32,000 nucleotides of DNA from Wolbachia endosymbiont strain TRS of Brugia malayi (GTDB taxonomy: Bacteria; Pseudomonadota; Alphaproteobacteria; Rickettsiales; Anaplasmataceae): the NCBI RefSeq assembly GCF_000008385.1, contig NC_006833.1, positions 390,001 to 422,000 on the forward strand. The letters are read 5' to 3'. Positions 27,554 to 32,000 of this stretch are shown one piece after another; position 1 is the first letter of the stretch; every line of letters starts with the position of its first letter. Both the position numbers and the translations under genes were made by a program. The notes under the pieces were generated by a model. That model was not told the origin of the DNA. It saw only the letters and a program-made list of their open reading frames with translations, and did not search any database.

Positions 27554-27982
27554 TTAACTTTTCGTCGCTACTTCATTTTTCTCTTTATTTTTATCACAAA
27601 CCTTACCTTTTGCTGTAACATCCCTATTAACTAGTTCTATTACTGCCATTGAAGCACAATCACCCTTTCGAGTACTAAATTTCATTACTCTAGAATAACC
27701 ACCTTTACAACCTTGATAACGGCTAGCTAAAACATTTAGCAACTTATCAACTACCAATTTATTATTATGAAGGCGCGAAAGTAGTAGCCTTCTACCATGT
27801 AAAGTATTCTTATTCTTAGCAATCGTAATAAACTTTTCCACATACGGACGAAGCTCCTTAGCCTTCGGTAAAGTAGTTATAATCTGCTCATGATTAATTA
27901 ATGAAATAGATAAATTCTTTAACATCGATAATCTATGTTCAGTACAACGAGATAGCTTACGTTTTTTTATTTTATGTTTCAT
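27554..27982 (-). CDS. rplQ: 50S ribosomal protein L17
   Basis: 142 aa. It reads KLSRCTEHRLSMLKNLSISLINHEQIITTLPKAKELRPYVEKFITIAK and sits after rpoA. Confidence 0.93.
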   Translation of the reverse strand: MKHKIKKRKLSRCTEHRLSMLKNLSISLINHEQIITTLPKAKELRPYVEKFITIAKNKNTLHGRRLLLSRLHNNKLVVDKLLNVLASRYQGCKGGYSRVMKFSTRKGDCASMAVIELVNRDVTAKGKVCDKNKEKNEVATKS

Positions 27983-27989
27983 ATATCAC

Positions 27990-29057
27990 CTAATCTTCAT
28001 CAGTATGTTGCCTAGCCAATTCATCTATGTCCTTAGGTGGCCAATCTGGTATATCCATACCCAAAGATAAGCCAAAATTATTTAAAACCGCCTTAATTTC
28101 ATTTAAAGACTTTCTCCCAAAATTAGCAGTTCTTAACATTTCACTTTCTGTCTTTTGTACAAGATCACCTATATAAGTAATATTTTCATTCTTTAAGCAA
28201 TTATGAGACCTGACAGATAACTCCATTTCATCTACTTTACGCAATAAGATAGGGTCATAACCCAAATCTTTATAACCACTAGGCGAAGAAACCTGTGATT
28301 TTTTATAACTTATATCAGAGCTAATAAAAGGCTGAAGTTGCTCCTGCAATATCCTTGCAGCAGAGTCAACAGCTTGACTCGGAGAAATTGTACCATCAGT
28401 TTCAACTGACAATATCAATTTATCCTTATCAGTAACTTGACCAACACGACTATTTTCTACTCTATACGAAACTCTGTTTATAGGACTATATAAAGCATTA
28501 ACCGGAATAAAACTAATTAGATCCTGCTCATTCATAGGCTTCAAAAATTCATTTTCCTTATATTTAGTTACGGGAAGGTAACCTTTTCCGCTAGCCACAT
28601 ATATAGTCATGTTGAGCTCTACATCCTGTCCCAGTGTACATATCAGCAGATCTTTATTAACAATAGAGCACTGATCATCAGTTTCTATCATCCCAGCTAA
28701 TACCTGACAAGGCCCTTTAGCACTCAAGCTTAGGCATTTATTAGAAGTGCCATTTAATTTACACCTCAACATACCCATATTCAATACTATATCAGTCACA
28801 TCTTCTCTTACTCCTTGAATTGAAGTAAATTCATGAGTTATACCATCAATTTTTATCCCATAAACAGCACTACCTATAAGAGAAGACAACATTACACGCC
28901 TTAATGCATTACCTAATGTTAAAGCAAAACCACTTTCCAATGGTTCTAGCACTATATCACCCTTTTCACTTGAGTCACTTGATACTACTTTCATTGAATT
29001 AGGCTTAGTTAATTTATCTAAACTGTCAAAAACAGGAATACCGTCGTCATAATACAT
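27990..29057 (-). CDS. rpoA: DNA-directed RNA polymerase subunit alpha
   Basis: 355 aa. The N-terminal domain contains [23 protein letters not shown], and the C-terminal domain contains [22 protein letters not shown]. Confidence 0.95.
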   Translation of the reverse strand: MYYDDGIPVFDSLDKLTKPNSMKVVSSDSSEKGDIVLEPLESGFALTLGNALRRVMLSSLIGSAVYGIKIDGITHEFTSIQGVREDVTDIVLNMGMLRCKLNGTSNKCLSLSAKGPCQVLAGMIETDDQCSIVNKDLLICTLGQDVELNMTIYVASGKGYLPVTKYKENEFLKPMNEQDLISFIPVNALYSPINRVSYRVENSRVGQVTDKDKLILSVETDGTISPSQAVDSAARILQEQLQPFISSDISYKKSQVSSPSGYKDLGYDPILLRKVDEMELSVRSHNCLKNENITYIGDLVQKTESEMLRTANFGRKSLNEIKAVLNNFGLSLGMDIPDWPPKDIDELARQHTDED

Positions 29058-29078
29058 AAAATAACCTTTTCAAATATC

Positions 29079-29465
29079 TTATACCCTTCTTTTTTTTCTT
29101 AACCTACATCCATTATGAGAAATCGCAGTCTTATCCGCAATTGAGGTAACTGTTAACCCGCAGCTCTGAAGTGCTTTAACTGCAGCCTCGGTACCAAAAC
29201 CAGGGCCACGAATTATTACAGAAACAACCTTCATACCAAATTTCTCTATCGCAGTTTTTGCAGCAACCTCTGAGGCTTTACCCGCAGCATAAGGTGTAGA
29301 CTTTCTTGAGCCTGAAAAACCATGTGCACCTACGGAAGTTTGGTACAGAGTGTTACCTTGAACATCAGTCACATTTATGAAAGTATTATTAAAAGTTGCA
29401 CGAATGTGAATAACCCCAGTAACAAACTTCTTTGCGCTTTTACCAACCGTTCTGACCTTTTTCAT
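29079..29465 (-). CDS. rpsK: 30S ribosomal protein S11
   Basis: 128 aa with [29 protein letters not shown] and a C-terminal PHNGCR-like [12 protein letters not shown]. Confidence 0.95.
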
Positions 29466-29486
29466 TAAAACTCACAATAATAAATT

Positions 29487-29855
29487 TCATTCTTTTCCAG
29501 CAATAGGCAAACGAGATTTACCTTTACGAGTTTTAGCATTGGTATGAGTCCTTTGCCCCCTTACAGGTAAACCTTTTCTGTGTCTCACTCCCCTATAGCA
29601 CCCCATCTCTACTAAAGACTTTATATTCATAGCCACTTCTTTTCTGAGATCACCCTCTATGGAATAATTTTGCCTAATGAAGCTGTTAATTTTTTCTATA
29701 TCTTTATCTCGCAATTCCGAAACACGTTTACTCTTGTCAATCCCGCAAGCATGGCAAATTATATTTGCAGTAGAAATACCTATACCATATATATAAGTTA
29801 ATCCAAAAGGAATACATTTCTTTACTGGAACATTTACACCTGCAATACGCGTCAC
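29487..29855 (-). CDS. rpsM: 30S ribosomal protein S13
   Basis: 122 aa with a GTG start. It contains [31 protein letters not shown] and RKG. Confidence 0.95.
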   Translation of the reverse strand: MTRIAGVNVPVKKCIPFGLTYIYGIGISTANIICHACGIDKSKRVSELRDKDIEKINSFIRQNYSIEGDLRKEVAMNIKSLVEMGCYRGVRHRKGLPVRGQRTHTNAKTRKGKSRLPIAGKE

Positions 29856-29913
29856 GATACTCCGATATTTTATTAATAATAATTCTTAATTTATATCATA
29901 AAACAACTCAGAG

Positions 29914-30564
29914 TCAAACTAAACTGCAAGAAATTTTACTTTCAATCTCTTGTTTTACCTGATCAACATTAAGATTAGCGTCAATCATTAATAATTTATC
30001 TCTGTAATACTCACGTAGACTCTTTACTTGGACGTGATATTCGCCTATTCTTCTATCAATTGCAGATAAGTCAGAATCATCAATTCTCTTTTCTAGTCTT
30101 GCACTTTTACATCTCGTACAAACAAGATTATTATCATCTTTGAAAGAAGATGTACTGTATACACTTTTACAGTCCAGGCACACGAGACGATTTTTTAATC
30201 TGTCAATTGCTACCTTATCGTTAAGCTGCAATTCAATTACGATATCCACATCTCTATTATATCTCTCCCGCAAAATCTGAGTTAAGAAATGAGCTTGATT
30301 TAGATTTCTTGGAAAACCGTCGAACAAAAAATTATCATCCATCAATGCAAGCTGGTCATATAATAATTCACATATAACTCCATCTTGAATTAAATTACCA
30401 GATTCTACAGTATCTTTTATTTTTTTGCCTAATTCACTACCACTAGATATAATATTCCTCAATAAATCCCCTACTGAAATTAACTTTAAGTTATACCTTT
30501 CTATTAACAAGCTTGACTGAGTACCTTTACCGGAACCAGGAGGACCAAAAATTGTAATAATCAT
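29914..30564 (-). CDS. adk: adenylate kinase (long form with Cys4 lid)
   Basis: 216 aa with the P-loop [21 protein letters not shown], and a lid carrying CLDC...CTRC. Confidence 0.93.
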
Positions 30565-31889
30565 CTTAATTTCTTTGTTTTAGACTCATATTTTTTTATC
30601 CAGCTATCATATCTATTCGAAAAGATATAGGATTGTATTTGCATAATAGTATCAGTAGTAACATTAACTATAATCAACAAGCTCGTCCCACCAAAAATAA
30701 ATGGCATATCATAATAATATCTCATAACTTCAGGCACAGTACATATGACCACCAGATATGCGGAACCAATAAAAGTTAATTTAAAAACTATATCTTGAAG
30801 GTAATCAGAAGTGTGTTTTCCTGGTCTTCTACCAGGTATAAAACCACCATTTTTTTTAAGAAAATCTGCATTTTCTTCTGGATTAAATATAAAATTAGTA
30901 TAGAAAAAGTTAAAAAACACTATAAGCGCTAAGTAAGCTGCAATATAAACTACTTTGTTTGCCATAAAGTAGTTTAAAATAAAATCAGAAAAAGCATGCC
31001 CCTTATAGAAGTTTGCAATTGAAACAGGCGTTAATAAAATCGCATTGGCAAAAATAGTAGGTATTACACCAGATAAATTAATCTTTAACGGGATATAAGT
31101 AAAGTCATCACTATGCAATCTTTTAAACTGCTTTTTAGGATACTGAACAGTGACTTTCCTATAAGAAGATTCTACAAAAATAATTAAAAGTAGCAGTAAA
31201 AAAAATAACACAAAAACAAAAAGGATAATAAGCAACGACATGCTACCGTTTTTATTTAATGTTAACAGGAAGGAAAAAGCATTGTGCAACTCTGATATTA
31301 TACCTGTGAAGATGATTAATGAGATACCATTACCTATACCACTAGCGCTGATTTGCTCACCAAGCCATATTAGAAACATTGTTCCACCCAAAAGGCTGAA
31401 AATACCCACTGTACGAAACATAACACCAGGCTCGATTACAACTAATGTTCCTTCCCTGTTCATTCTTTCTAACCCAATCAGAATAGTAACTGATTGAAAT
31501 ATACAAAACACTATGGTCATATAACGTATGTAGGAATTCATCCTTCGACGTCCTAATTCTCCGTCATTTTTAACTTCATTAATTCCTTTAACGGCAGAAG
31601 ATAATAATTGCATAACTATAGATGCAACTATATATGGCATAACATTCAATACTAAAATGGTCATCCTAGCTAATGCCCCACCCGAAAATAGATTAAATAC
31701 TCCAAAAATACCAGCACCTTCTTTAGGGAATATATCATTAATTATATCAAGATTAATTCCAGGAATAGGTACATAAGTACCTAAACGATAACAAATTAAA
31801 GCTATTAGCGTAAAAAGCATACGCCTTAATAAATCACCTTTATATAATAAAGCAGGATCTAAACTATTAAACGCTGACTTGCTGCCCAT
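30561..31889 (-). CDS. secY: preprotein translocase subunit SecY
   Basis: 442 aa, 10-TM protein with [39 protein letters not shown] and [11 protein letters not shown]. Confidence 0.95.
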
Positions 31890-31892
31890 TAC

Positions 31893-32000
31893 TTATGATA
31901 GTATTTCCACACTACCACCAATTGAAGTTACAGATTTCTTTGCAGCTTCTGACGCAAAGTCAACATGAAATACACATCTCTCATTTAGCTTACCTTTATT
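31893..32000 (-). CDS. rplO: 50S ribosomal protein L15, C-terminal part (runs off the window)
   Basis: The minus-strand frame is open to the window edge and reads NKGKLNERCVFHVDFASEAAKKSVTSIGGSVEILS*. The position directly upstream of secY and the ...A...I...GG..E.. tail are typical of L15. Confidence 0.8.
   Translation of the reverse strand, partial: NKGKLNERCVFHVDFASEAAKKSVTSIGGSVEILS

Noticed and set aside
31240-31497. Plus-strand 85-aa ORF
   Set aside because: It is antisense to secY.
1-32000. Searched by eye for CRISPR arrays, rRNA, tmRNA, RNase P RNA, SRP RNA, further tRNAs, intact prophage (WO-like) modules, and cif-like or toxin-antitoxin operons
   Set aside because: No regularly spaced direct repeats were found. 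No conserved cores (for example the RNase P gaggaaagtcc, the tmRNA 5' end, or further tRNA T-loops flanked by acceptor stems) appear beyond the single tRNA-Leu. There are no capsid, terminase, integrase or large effector ORFs. The ggttcg string at 3567 lies inside the GC-rich palindromic element and does not fold as a tRNA.

Overview
This is an AT-rich window with a Rickettsiales / Anaplasmataceae gene repertoire. Together with an ankyrin pseudogene, IS remnants and small GC-rich palindromic elements, it is most consistent with a Wolbachia-like endosymbiont; that is inference from gene content and repeat style, with no database check. About 75% of the window is ordinary housekeeping coding sequence. 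Minus strand: tatC, gap, dnaB, an AsmA/YhdP-like giant, rnhA, ctaB-coxA-coxB, an HlyD-family T1SS adaptor, then one long co-directional block (partial rplO)-secY-adk-rpsM-rpsK-rpoA-rplQ-yraN-atpH-atpA-greA-ribB-M48/TPR protease. Plus strand: tRNA-Leu(CAA), an RDD protein, a DUF721/DciA-like protein, rpmB, lipA, fabG and a TrbC/VirB2-like pilin. Five gene-poor, decayed islands interrupt this (1-1598, 3350-4470, 6763-7790, 9343-11149, 17946-19598). I do not see a convincing intact, novel multi-gene system such as a defence island, prophage, cif-like operon or CRISPR. The best leads are: (1) a diverged repeat family present three times, each time directly 3' of an unrelated gene in the same relative orientation, two copies carrying IS110-family transposase remnants and one looking like an empty site; (2) an unlisted 35-codon single-TM ORF directly after ctaB; (3) frameshifted gene remnants, including a possible phage-tail/GTA-like fragment and an ankyrin pseudogene; (4) several long perfect palindromes and inverted repeats in promoter-proximal DNA. 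All similarity statements come from reading and by-eye alignment and need computational confirmation.
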